Source of the DNA: Mizuhopecten yessoensis
Taxonomy: Eukaryota
Reading direction: 5' to 3'
DNA length: 64,000 bases
Assembly (NCBI RefSeq): GCF_002113885.1
Contig: NW_018408737.1
Span: 337,843-401,842, forward strand
The notes under the pieces were generated by a model. It worked only from the letters and a program-made list of their open reading frames with translations, had not been told where the DNA came from and made no database searches. The position numbers and the translations under genes were made by a program. Of this stretch, positions 46,577 to 58,599 are shown piece after piece. The stretch's first letter is position 1. Each line of letters starts with the position of its first letter.

Positions 46577-47224
46577 TATGTGAAATTTCATTAATTTAAG
46601 CATGCATAATTATCGTTCATATGATTAACACATGTGCATTAGGTTGTGCTTATGTTTATAAACATGAAATCATCGTGCCAAAAGATGTTTTGGGATATAG
46701 CTGACACATCAAGGTAGGTATTTTTAGATAAAAAAAGTCACATGACCCCCCTGACGATCAGCTGGCGATTTTGGGTCGACTTCGGGTTCATTACCTGATG
46801 TATCCGGCGTACGCGACATATAAGTCTTAACATTTTGCTTATATGGTGAAAAATACAGCTTCTTTTGTGTGTGAAATAACACGATAATTCGCGTGACATC
46901 GCACAATAAACGCACTTTGCCGAGAATGGGTACGTGGCGAGTATGGATCGCCAGCCAGTACCGGTCGGATACATATCGGATACACTGGATGTAGGCAATT
47001 GGGACTCGAATTCATGACATATTGTATCTATTAACAACAATAAACTTATGACCTTTCCACTAAGTCCACCTATTGCCCTGTTTTACTGCTCTTTGTCTAA
47101 TAAATTCTTGTTTTATTTTTCCATCAGGAATATTTGTCCGCCATGTTGGCTTCTGTACCAACCTAAAGTACACGCGCGCCACCTGGTGTGTAGTGTTGCG
47201 GCGGAAAACTTTCTTCTTCCTAAT

Positions 47225-47577
47225 GTCTCCCTTGACAATGCCTCACATTTGGCCTTTAGTAAAGCGTTTGCCCCAGTGAGGAAGGCTTTGGGTTCAGTCC
47301 CCTGGCCGATAGTTTCTACTCCTACTTAACGCTCAGCAATTTAGGAGTGGGACGACCGGTCCGCCCGTTGTCAGTATAATGTAACCGGGTGGGGTGTCCT
47401 ACTTGTGGTCTTCCGAAGTATATTTCAGTGAGGTAGCACTATAAAGTCGGCATTAGTTCCGCGCTTTCACAAGGAGACAAACACTACACGCATGCATCTT
47501 GCATACAGGGGAGACCGTCCTTAAATGACCAGAGATGTTGATAGGACCTTAAACAATACTAAACCAAACCAAACCAA
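47225..47577 (+). mobile_element. tRNA-SINE, Meta-type core
   Basis: Head tggcctttagt..agcgtt.gcc...gggttcagtccc, core cgttgtcagtataatgtaaccgggtgggg, tail (aaacc)n. Confidence 0.82.
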
Positions 47578-48353
47578 ATTGGTCGAGTATGTCCCAAAAC
47601 TGTTGAACATATTTTTTTTGTTTCGGTAACATTTGTACAATGGTACGGGGAAAGGATTCCTTGTTGAAATAAGCAAGGTCTATTGTTCAAAGATTGTTTA
47701 ATGTGGTAATCGTTTCCAGTTCTTGTTTGATTTTGTTTGTTTGTGGTCTCGGCTATGAAAAACACGGTTGGTACCACTTCCAGTTCTGGCAATGCCGTAG
47801 TTTATTAACCAGCCTCCACTATACCAACTTCTTTCTCGGATACCATTCCACAGAGACTACAAATTCCAATTATCGATCCTGTTATCTTCCGTGATGTTTT
47901 GCGTAACTCCTGGCGGAAGTTTATTGATAATTATTAGGACTAACAGAGAACCTTGTGTTATCGCAATGTACAATTAATTGACTCGAGAAAACGTATGTGA
48001 ATTTCATTTTGTCGTTCCACGATCTCAAATTTGACCATCTTGATTATGAGAAAACATGTTAAAGCATTTCGAAAGTGCAATTACCATTATCAACAAAAAC
48101 AGGATTAATGCTAATTACCCACTCCTCCTCTCCTTTCCCCAACCAGTTTTCTAAGATCGACCCCAGTTTTAAAATCACTGTCAACTTTTAAAATTAATTA
48201 AACCGTTTCCGCTCACCCAACCCTTCAGATAACAAGGCAACAACTCAACACATGGTAAATCATAAAGTATTCACAAACGTCTCCCAACAATGAACCGAAT
48301 ATGCTATAAATCAACTTAAAACAATAGCAATGAATCTATGATGTGTACAGGCT

Positions 48354-48925
48354 TTGTTTGGTTTTATTTTGTTTAACGTCCTAGAAACAGCTAAGGTCAT
48401 TTTAGGACGTGCCTCCGTGTATGTTGTGGATGTGTGGATGTGTGCTGGAGACAGGATATGTTTGTGTATTTGCATCTTGTAAAAGCGCGAATCTGATGCC
48501 GACTTTATAGTGCTATGTCACTGAAATACCATGCATGCCGAAGGCACCCAACACATCATTACGCCCGGTCACATTATACCGACAACGGGTGAACCAGTTG
48601 TTGCCATTCCCCTAAACTCTGATTAACAGCTACCAGTTTGAAGGAATTTGGTATGTCCCATCCTTGGGACGCAACTCATTGCCTTTCTCACCTGGGTGAA
48701 CGCTCAACATTAAAGCCAAACGTGAGGCATTGCTTAGCAAGACACTAGGAAATACAATTTAGTTAGAAGTAAAGAGAAATATTAAGATTCCAAATATTGC
48801 AATTGGTGCAGCAGATTTATTTAGTCGCTTTGTGTCCTAAAGTAGAGTGCACAAAAGCAATTCTCTATCGGTACATGCGGATAACGACAGGTGTATTTCT
48901 TTCTCGATCCCCGACCTGCAAGGAT
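48354..48925 (-). mobile_element. Long-form SINE: extra 5' module + tRNA-like head + Meta-type core + I/Nimb-like tail
   Basis: Minus strand: cttgcaggtcgggg...acacctgtcgttatcc...gcgactaaa, then aatgcctcac head, core and tail as in 47225-47577. Confidence 0.75.
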
Positions 48926-49979
48926 GCAACCAGTGTTTATAATTGTGTAAATTATATATTTGTTCTGATTCAATAGAGTTTATCTTATCAATTCATTGTA
49001 TAAAATAGGGTAACCACCTGATAATAATTTAAGAGAGTAAGCATTTATATTTTAGACGATATATATCGCATCGCACGCAGAGGTTCACTTTTGTATTGAA
49101 ACTTTCACAGAAGCAAAGAACATTGACGAGTTAATGCAAATGACGTCACCACCATATGAGCATTGCAATGCGCAATTTCCATTATTAGAGTCGATTGTTT
49201 GTTATCAGCAACCCTCTTCGCCAGTAATTAAAAGGATATACATGCATGTAAATATTGTATATGGTAAATGAAGTTCTCTGATATTCTGCGATATACGAAA
49301 TATTGTTTAGTACAGTATATAATTGATCCGCCGGCTGGGATTAGGGTCCTCTAGTCGTAAAAAAAATCAATTTTGTGATATTTATGATATCGAAATATAG
49401 ACATTCCTGATCAAAAATGATATAAAAAGCAATTTGACGCCACTTTACATAGTATGATGTATGACTCCTGACGTCGCTCACAACGTCATTATTTCCGACG
49501 TTCCTGTTAAGATTGATACAAACGTAACCGGCGCGCAACCTTTGTATAGTAATTTTAACTGCTTATTTCTGACTTCACTCGAGAGGTTTAAGGATGCTTT
49601 TAAAGGGAAATTCTAGAGCATTTTAATGGAAATAATTAAATATGTTATTACATGTAAGTCATACACAAATATTGAAACGTAAAACCAATGGGGTTCCATG
49701 TGACAATGGGCCTAATTACACTTTTTTGGGAATAATAGACGTAATATTTTACATTTTTGTAAAGCAAGTGAGATTTCCGATTTCGCGCGAAACAGAATTA
49801 TAATAGAAACAAAATGACTGTCGGAATTCCCGTTTTTCTCCCGTTTCATTGGCAAGATGATAAGAACCCAAAATCCAGCCGGCGGCTTATATACGATATA
49901 TGTCAATTTGGCTTTTCATGATAATCTCGGGATTTCAAGTTCGAACCCGAGTTTGTAGGCTCAACGAACACGGAAAAGA

Positions 49980-50215
49980 ACAATTTGACCAAATTTGGTC
50001 AGTAGAATCCGTAGGACAAGGGGTCTCAATTTTGTATAAACGGTGGGTGTGGCCCCCTGGGGGCAGATCTAGAGGGGCTGGGTCCGATAGGGGAAATAGA
50101 AGTAAAACCTTTAAAATTCTTCTTCTACCGTGGGGATTGAGGGAGTTTATCCTTATTTAGTCTGGAGAATCCTTGAGCCAAGGGGACTCAATTTTGTATA
50201 AATGATGGGTGTACA
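49980..50215 (+). mobile_element. A-type HINE repeat fragment
   Basis: ttgaccaaatttggtc...ttttgtataaacgg..ggtgtggccccctgggggcaga... Confidence 0.65.
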
Positions 50216-50409
50216 CTCTATCTTTACAAAAAAAATATATATATTGTGCAGCCAATTTGATCGATATTGATGTATTTCTTTAATCCTTGACATATTTTAA
50301 GCTATTAAGTTTTGGTTTGATGTGTTTATTTTCGTGAATGTCATTTTTTGCCATATTGTTGGCCCTAAATTACTCGAATTGTCGATTGGCCGTAAAACAA
50401 TACAAAATC

Positions 50410-51278
50410 ATATTCATATTGGATGAAATTTGGATTATAAAGCAAGCTGTATATGTATAATTACATAAACTTGTGTTGCTTCAGGAAAAGAATTTAACAA
50501 CCTCTTTTATATTTGGTATTTCTTAACAATCGAACATTAATTTTGTTTCATCTATCTAATGGAAAGAGTTTATTTTAAGTAACATCACACAAAGACGCCC
50601 AATTAAGGTATGAATTTGAGAGCAATTATCGACCATAGACAGTGAAAGAAGATACTAAATAGAATTGTGTAGATATTTACTTATACCCTTTGACAAGTCC
50701 AGCTGTTTATTAAGTCCGACGTGTTTTTTTATAACAACAACTGCTAAGATCCGCGTCAATAAAGCTTGCAGTGATAGACACGTCCTAGTATGTTGCAATA
50801 CTTACGAAAACAATATTGACTTTGGTTCTTTTATCTCCTGGACAGAGCGATTATTTTCTGTAACATAAGATGAAGGTTGAATTTGAGAGCAATCACCGAT
50901 CAATAGGAGTGAAAGATTAAACCCAGTAATATTCTTTGAACAGTCAGTCTGTTAACTATAAACAAAACTGTTCTTTCTAAGATAAACGCCAATTAAACTC
51001 GCACTTAAATGCACGTACCGGGATGTTGCGTTACCTAATAATCCAATATTAACTGTGGTAACAGTATGATATCATGAGTCATACATCGATATATGTGTAA
51101 GGCCATACAAGTCTGCGAAATGTTGTTTGACGATAACACCTACTGAGAGCGACACCTCTATAGGTCTACCATAACTTACATATCGCTATTCGTTTTTAAA
51201 CGTTTACGACAACCATGGCAATCTTTGATATAGTCCTAAGCGTCGTGATGTTGGTATCTACAGGTCTGACTGCTGTAT
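50410..51278 (+). pseudogene. Truncated duplicate of the C1qDC promoter and signal peptide (MAIFDIVLSVVMLVSTGLTAV)
   Basis: Colinear with 53065-53698; ATG at 51215; homology ends at 51278 where a LINE 3' end begins; TATAAAA changed to CATACAA. Confidence 0.85.
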
Positions 51279-51386
51279 TGATGTTTTTATTTTCGTGAAT
51301 GGGTTTTTTACCATGTTGTTGGCCCTAAATGACTCATTTTGTTGATTGGCCCTTAAACAATACAAAAACAAAACAAAAACAAAAAT
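51279..51386 (+). mobile_element. I/Nimb-type LINE 3' end (another copy at ~50318-50408)
   Basis: ccatgttgttggccctaaatgac...gttgattggcccttaaacaatacaaaaac(aaaac)n. Confidence 0.65.
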
Positions 51387-52199
51387 GACCACCTCATCAA
51401 TGATTTATGAACAGCAGCTTTCAACCTCTAGAGGGAGCCTTCATAAAACGGGAAAGAGTGTAGTGATGTTTGGGAGAGTTACATTCCTTAGACTGCTGAC
51501 CTCGCCGATAACCTCGATGTGACATCTCGGCTCGTTTTTGTTTACATTCTTATAGTTACTGAAATAAAATAATTCCTTAGCGTGACCAAAACGAACGTAG
51601 CATTGATATAACAAGACTGTACAGCAAGATAGTTATTTTGGGAAAGTTATGTAAACGTATTTGCAAAGTAAATTAACTTTTTTCTGCATGTTCGATTTCC
51701 GAACAAAGAATGCCACTTTTGTCTGAATCTTCGTCAATGTTTTAGTTCTGAAACCTACGCTAACACTTTCAGAGTTGTTAAATAGTTCGTTTCATATCAA
51801 TTTGTTGACATTTATTTCAATGTTAGATGTGGAAAGCAGATGAAACTCTAAACTATATGAGTCACGAATCACTGGCATCATCTTACACAAGTACTTTATT
51901 TACAAATATGTAATTAGACGTAACTTTGTCTTTCTCTATTTCTCAGAAAGTACTGAGAGATATTTTTCAAATTTGATATGTAGGTTTTCATTGGTCTTTA
52001 GTTGTATATGCTTATTTGGGAATGAGTGTGAAAAAATGGCCGATAGGTGGTTTGTGGTATCCGTCACATCGTACCACATATTCATTGAATTCGTACATGG
52101 TCTTGTTTTCCACGCGATAAAGCCCATATATGTATTAGCCATTTCGAGTTAACGCATATGGATTCGTTTCTTATCACGACATTTCGTGTATTGCAACCA

Positions 52200-52857
52200 A
52201 CAAATTATCAGATACCTCAAAATAGCATATAACCTTTTGCTGGGTTCCTGGACATGAGGGGACACCGGGTAATAAAAAGACAGATCGTGCCGCGAAAGCA
52301 GCACTAATACTACCACCTGAAGATTTTAAGCTTCATTTAACTGATTTCAAATCACTTATAACAAGATCTGTAAGTTCACAGTGGCAAAATAATTGGAATC
52401 AATGCGTAGATAACAAATGACATTCTATTAAACCTGAAATCGGTGAATGGCATCCTAGCTACAGAGAGAGGCGCCGAGACAAGGTTGTCCTTGCCCGTCT
52501 CCAGATGGGTCATTCATACATAACCAATTCTTATTTAATAAAAGGTGAAGTCCAGCCTCAATGCATAGCGTGTCAGGAACCATTTACAGTAAAGCACTTG
52601 TTACTAGATTGTATCGACTTTCATTTAGCTCTAGAACATTTCTATAATAACATTACATGTCTTAAATCTTCTTCCGAAAATATAATTGTCGCTACAATTT
52701 TAGGTTATTTGAAAGCTGTTTGTCTTTTTAATAAAATTTGAGTCACCATAACCACTTTCAATATTTAAATTCATGTTGTTCTTTTACGTTTAAGTTTGTT
52801 TGATGTTTTTATTTTGCGTTTGTTTTTGTCGACCATTTGTTGGCCCGTATCACTGTT
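52200..52857 (+). mobile_element. I/Nimb-clade LINE 3' fragment (RNase H + CCHC)
   Basis: ITFCWVPGHEGTPGNKKTDRAAKAA; RRDKVVLARLQMGHSYIT..YL....PQCIACQEPFTVKHLLLDC. Confidence 0.87.
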
Positions 52858-53523
52858 CTGATAGTGATAAATATAATGCACTTCATTTAATGAAATGTAC
52901 ATACATGTATGAAATATGTTGAATGTTGAATATGACATTAAGACAAACCAGTTTCTCCGTATTTTCTTAAACACCACATCTGTTTTGTTATCGCTGCGTA
53001 ATTGATTAAACTAGCTAAATTAAGTTCCAACAACACTAATGCGCCATTCCGACAACAGCTTGATATTCGATCAAATTTGATTATAAAGCAAGCTGTATAT
53101 GTATAATTACACAAGCTGATGTTGCAACAGGAAAACATTGAGCAACCTCTTTTATGTGTGGTATTTCTTAACAATTGATCGAACACGTTTTAATTTTGTT
53201 TCATTAATCTTCTTGACAGTGTTTATTTTTAGTAACATAACACAAAAACTCCAAAATAAAATAAGAATTTAATAGCAATCATCGACCATGGAAGTGCTAG
53301 GAGATACCGAGTGGTATTGTTTAGATGTTTACTTATACCCTTTGTTAATGACAGGCTGTTTATCACACTTCGAACCGTTTTTTAAAACAACAATTGCTAA
53401 GATCAGTGCCAATTAAAGTTGCACTTAAATGCACCTACCGGGCTGTTGCGTTTCCTAATAAGTCAAAATTGACTGTGGTAACAGCATGATATCAAGGGGC
53501 ATGCATCGATGTATGTGTAAGGC

Positions 53524-53530
53524 TATAAAA
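53524..53530 (+). promoter_or_regulatory. TATA box of the C1qDC gene
   Basis: ggcTATAAAAg about 105 bp upstream of the ATG at 53635. Confidence 0.6.
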
Positions 53531-53634
53531 GACTGCGAAATTTTGTTTGAGGATAACACATACTGAGAGTAAACCACTTCACAGGTCTACCGCAACCTAC
53601 ATATAGCTATTCGTTTTAAAAGTTTACGACGATC

Positions 53635-55545
53635 ATGGCAATCTTTGCTTTTGTCCTAAGCGTCGTGATGTTGGTATCTACGGGTCTGGCTGCTGTATCA
53701 CCGACAATAGACGAGAAGCTGCAAACTGCAATGACGGAAGTCATTGTCAACCCCGAAAAGGAATACGAATGTCTTCTGTTCCGCTTGGAGGACAAACTCG
53801 ACAGAATGAAAGAGAAAATGGCCGAGATGGAAAGAGAATTGAAGAAGAAAATAACACCGCTCCCCAACCCGACACAAGCTGTCAATGGTACGTGGTAAAC
53901 ATTATTTTCTAAAGTGCCAAAGGCCATGCCTCTGATTCAATTATATTCTTATATTTAATGCTTTGATTTAATGATCGCTGTAACGAAAAGTATTAATATC
54001 TAATAAAACAAAATGTCTGATAGTGTCAGGTATTATTTTAATTATAACTGTCATATTAAAAAACTTTTAACGGATAACAACTGTAATCCTAATGATGGAA
54101 GTGAACCATAATTGGCGTAATCATTTACGAATCGTCATATCAAAGCGTGCAACATCCATTTTGAAAATCAAACGTATATGTCTCAGGAAGAGTAAGTCGT
54201 CCGATCTATACCCAATTTAAATGGGTCTTGGTCCGATACTTCGGAGGATGAAATCTTTTCTGAAGGTATACATGTAACCACCTAGGAGGAAATTCAAATA
54301 TCGATTATTTTCATTTTCACTTTAAACCTGAGTTCACATTTGAGAGTTTTGATGTTAACACGACACCAGAAGTACCTGATCTGGACGAAACTTTTGATAT
54401 CTGATGAGATGTTCCATTATTACTTATAAGGGATTTTGAATGGTTTCCAATTGAACAACAAAAGTATTTCACGCGTATAGCTTAACACGATAAAACTATT
54501 TATGATATTCAACGAGGATAACATCATATTTTGTAGTCCATGGAAAGATGGAAGTTTTTTTTTTAAATGTGATGTAATTGGCAGTTTTTTTTCGGACCAT
54601 ATTCTAATAACTTCAATCTTGACAACAAGGCTACGCGCTATTGTTCATAGCCTACAATTCTACAATTTCCGCTATTATCTAGCACGACTTGCTTTTAAAA
54701 TGTCCTTTTTGTGTAGTATAATTAACACTTTAGTGTGACTAGAAAGCATGTTCTAAAGCCATTGCTAGTCTCGCTTGGGCTTCGAAATGTATCAACGTCA
54801 AACGTCAATTTTGTTTTCAATGTCATTCACTAGCGAAAACGTAATATATGCTCGTGTCTACTTGAGAGCTCATCGAGGGTGCAAAAAGAACTTCGCTCTT
54901 GATGAAGAAGCCTTATAACCTTTCACACTTTATTTGGCCTTAAAGTCTGATCCAATCTATCGTCAATCTTCTCATTTTCTCTGTTCCCCTATTCTCAGCA
55001 TTCAAGGAATATTCATTCGTCATTAAACTAGGAAAAGAGAATAATACAAGCCGCACTTCTTGTCCTGCCCGTTGGTATGCATCTATTAAATGTGTTGAAA
55101 TGGTGAAAATACATGTCCTTGTAATATTATGTACATGTACATTGCAGCTTCACAATATGCATTTAGTGCATACCTGTCTGACAAGAACGCCCTGCACACC
55201 AGTGGCAGCTTGAAGTATACCAAAACCATCTCGAATGTCGGAGGAGCTTACAACGAATATACGGGTGTGTTTACGTCTGCAGTTGACGGAGTGTACGTCT
55301 TCCATTTCCACAGCAGTGTATATGCTTATGCAAAGCATTGTGTCCTCACTCTCTTCCATGAAAACAACAACGTCACAAGTACTTATGGCTATGACGGGAA
55401 TGGTTTCGCTTCGTTTAGCAACACTGCTGTTATAGAACTGAAAAACACAGAAGTTGTACATGTTGCAGTTACGTCACCGTTTACAAAAAGCTCTTGTTAT
55501 TTGCGAGGCCGATTCACTACCTTCTCGGGGTTTAAAATAGCCTAG
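53635..55545 (+). CDS. Secreted C1q-domain-containing protein (signal peptide, coiled coil, globular C1q), 216 aa: join(53635-53887,55148-55545)
   Basis: Hydrophobic leader MAIFAFVLSVVMLVSTGLA; heptads LEDKLDRMKEKMAEMERELKKK; gC1q AFSAYL, LKYTKTISNVGGAYNEYTGVFTSAVDGVYVFHF, SNTAVIELKNTEVVHV, FTTFSGFKI; phase-1 GT-AG intron; AATAAA at 55801. Confidence 0.9.
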
Positions 55546-56399
55546 ACAGAAAATGGCATTTTACCAAAGTTTCAGTAGATACTACCTATATATATATATA
55601 TGTATATATATGCCTGGACTTTCTCCCTGTGCTTGTTGCATTCAACATCACTGTATTACACACATTTTAATTTATTAATGTCCAAATGAATAGATTCCTA
55701 TATGGTAACAATACCCGTCGACATTTGAAAAAATATTTTGATGCGCGGATTTTTGTGGAAATGTTTGATTCTGTAGTCGATATTTTGTAATAATTAAAGG
55801 AATAAAAAACAAATTAATTATTTTCGGGCTAAACAATATTGAAGGAAATGACCTTCACAAAACGAAATACATCAAACTTATTTTAAGTTAAAAGTTAAAA
55901 ATACAAAAATCATCAGGAGTATCACCTTGGTTTTATAATAAAGATGTCCTGGGGTAAAGATGTATTTAGTGTGAATATCCATTTATCAATAAAAGATTCA
56001 AAAATTGTATTAAATCATTTTGGTATGAATTTGCCACGTGTTTAATAGCTACGTTTGCAATAAAATAGAATTAAACTGTACTACTTCTTATCAGCAATAT
56101 ATAATTTGTTTCTTAATCCATGTAGTTAAGTTTGTAGTTCCTTATTAAATATGTTTGCTTCGTGCTGTTACCAAGAATAAAATACAATCTTCAAAACTGT
56201 CCAGATTTTGGTTTATTGTTTAGACAAAAGTTACCTATCTTTCAAACTGGTACCTTGTATTTGATTTGTTTCAGATAATTAAAACCATTCAGGTTCGGCG
56301 GGAAATAGGGCTGCTGTATTGTACTACATTATCGCAAAACGCGATTATTGTGGGGCCCATGCAGAATCGGGAGTGGTTTCTTTCTTGTCTGTTGTTTAG

Positions 56400-56752
56400 G
56401 GGATATTGAATAAAACGCAAGATTATGCCTGTTGTATCCACTGCGTATATACATAAAAGGTGAGTTATGTAGAGGCCTGTGAGTTATGTAGAGGCCTGTG
56501 AGTTATGTAGAGGTCTGTGAGTTATGTAGAGGCAGGCCTGTGAGTTATGTAGAGGCCTGGTAGAATCAGGTTTTTACTTTTGTGTCTTCTACGGAGAGAA
56601 CATGGAAGAAACCTAAATCGACCTGCTGCCCCAAGTGCAACAACTTCATTCCGTGTCCTTCCTGACTAATTTCTCTTCTGTATATTTTTTCTTTTCGACG
56701 GTGTCTCCCTATATGCCGTATCATCGTTTAACAACAAACAGCAAACAAACAG
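56400..56752 (+). mobile_element. Degenerate long-form SINE relic containing a 19-bp minisatellite
   Basis: cctgttgtatcc..tgcgt 5' module, gtgtctccct head start, (aaac)n tail. Confidence 0.45.
56460..56559. repeat. 19-bp tandem repeat x5
   Basis: tgagttatgtagaggcctg. Confidence 0.92.
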
Positions 56753-56909
56753 ATAAGAAAATAAAGGGAAATATAACACTTGGACAGGTGAGTCAGTCCC
56801 CTGGTCTGTTTTTGTAATCAATTATTACCTAATAAAGCCTGGCAAGGGTTTTTATTAGCTTATCACCAATAGATATGCGTACTGTAGAGGCATAATATTA
56901 TTTGCTTAA

Positions 56910-57246
56910 TATGGTGGCATGTTTCTACCATCGAGTTGCCGCCTTGCGACTTAATGATGTCGACATGATATGAGAACATGTCGACATCACTAAAAAGATG
57001 TCGACATAATCTACTTGTCGGGATAATAAATCAAAGATTGCGCAAGTCGGAAACTCGGCTTTATATCGTGTTTGTGCTCGGATGTGGCACCAAATTATGA
57101 ATCATTTATGTCGACATCCAAACTAAAAGATGTCGACATCTGATCTGGAAACCGGAAGAAACAGTCCTGAATCCACAGCACGTGCGCTCTCAGCAGGCAG
57201 CATATCTTGAAGTGTTTATTCAGGACTGTTTCTGAATGCCACCATA
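56910..57246. mobile_element. Non-autonomous DNA transposon with TATGG termini and 6-bp TSD (IS3EU-like)
   Basis: gcttaa|tatggtggcat ... atgccaccata|gcttaa; five internal atgtcgacat palindromes. Confidence 0.78.
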
Positions 57247-57574
57247 GCTTAACCATTTACATATTGCATTTTATTTCAATCACCTAACGTCAGGTTGTTT
57301 AGTTCTTTAAACAGTAAAATCGGTGTTGCTACAATCAAATCGACGATGTCACAATTGTGGTTCCTGATTAAATCATATTTCATGTTCTCAACAAGTATTG
57401 AATTATCTATGCATTGTAATGGGAGTATACAGAACAAATGTTAATATTAAAGCATCGTAATGTTTAAGCAAATGGTGATATGGTACTATATCACACATTA
57501 CTTTTGCAGACAAACTTCATAAAGCCATAAAGGATTTTATGTTAATTTGTCAGCAATATCAAGGGGTTTTATAA

Positions 57575-58565
57575 GACAGGAGCCCACATGAGTTAGTTCG
57601 ATTTAGAGTAAATAACTACAACTGTTTTTGAGAAGCAGTGAAAACATTTCTACAACTGAAATTGATTTAAACATGCTGTATTTGTATTTGCATTTATTAT
57701 ACAAAAGGGATTTGAACATTTCCATCCATGAAGAGTTTTTGATTGTAACATTTCGGCCCCACCCCTAAGACCCCATGAGTGAGTCAGAGCCTCAATCAAA
57801 TTGAAATTCCACGATGATAATTTCAATCAAGTTTGAATTTTATCCCACTGAAAATAAACATGAAATATTCAAAAGTTTTTTCTCTATATAAACTAATGAA
57901 ATTCACAATTTATAAAACACCTTTTGAATTTTCCATCCATGAAGATTATTATTTTGTTCCCAGCATATATTGGTCTGGAGAAGAAGAAAGATGAAGTTTC
58001 TGCTTATTTTAAGCCCTTTTGGTCCGACCTTTTAGGTCATATGGGTGCAGCAGGGTCTTAATTTTCATACAAGCAATTTGCAATCATATGGTGATAATTC
58101 AAACCAAGTTTGAATTATATGCTACTGAAAATAAACAAAATATAACCAAGAGCGTTATTTCTCTTTATAAACTGTAGTCAACTTGACCCCCTCCTGCAGG
58201 GGGAATATGTGACCCGGGGATGTGGAATTCACAATAAATTTTGATAAAGTACCATTGGACCTTTTTATCTATGAAAAGTATTTGATTCCAGGGCAATCGG
58301 GTCTCGAGTAAAAGATTGTTGAGAATTGTGCCAATTTGACCCCCTTTGGCACCTCCCCTTAGGCCCCTTATCTCCATTTAATTCACAACTTCCGTTTGCC
58401 TACGAGTATGGAACCTTCCTTCAAAATATTTTGAAACTGATTCAGCGTTTTTGGAGAATAGTTCAAAAATGTAAAAAAAGGTTTTACATACAACGCACGA
58501 CGGACGATGGACGAAGACGGTTGACAAAAATTCCCATGAACTATTTTTCAAATTGGTGTGGCCTC
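57575..58565 (-). mobile_element. Degenerate E-type HINE element
   Basis: Repeated tccatccatgaagagt..ttga / ttcacaat / gaagaaga motifs like 30776-31745; acgcacgacggacga tract at 58495. Confidence 0.6.
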
Positions 58566-58599
58566 AAATAATGGATTGAGAGTCTCTAACCAACGTAAT

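Noticed and set aside
668-55545. PNKP + cytochrome b5 + C1qDC as a functional gene cluster or prokaryote-like repair/defence system
   Set aside because: These are intron-containing eukaryotic genes with unrelated functions and mixed orientation, separated by transposon debris. Nothing in the sequence links them beyond adjacency.
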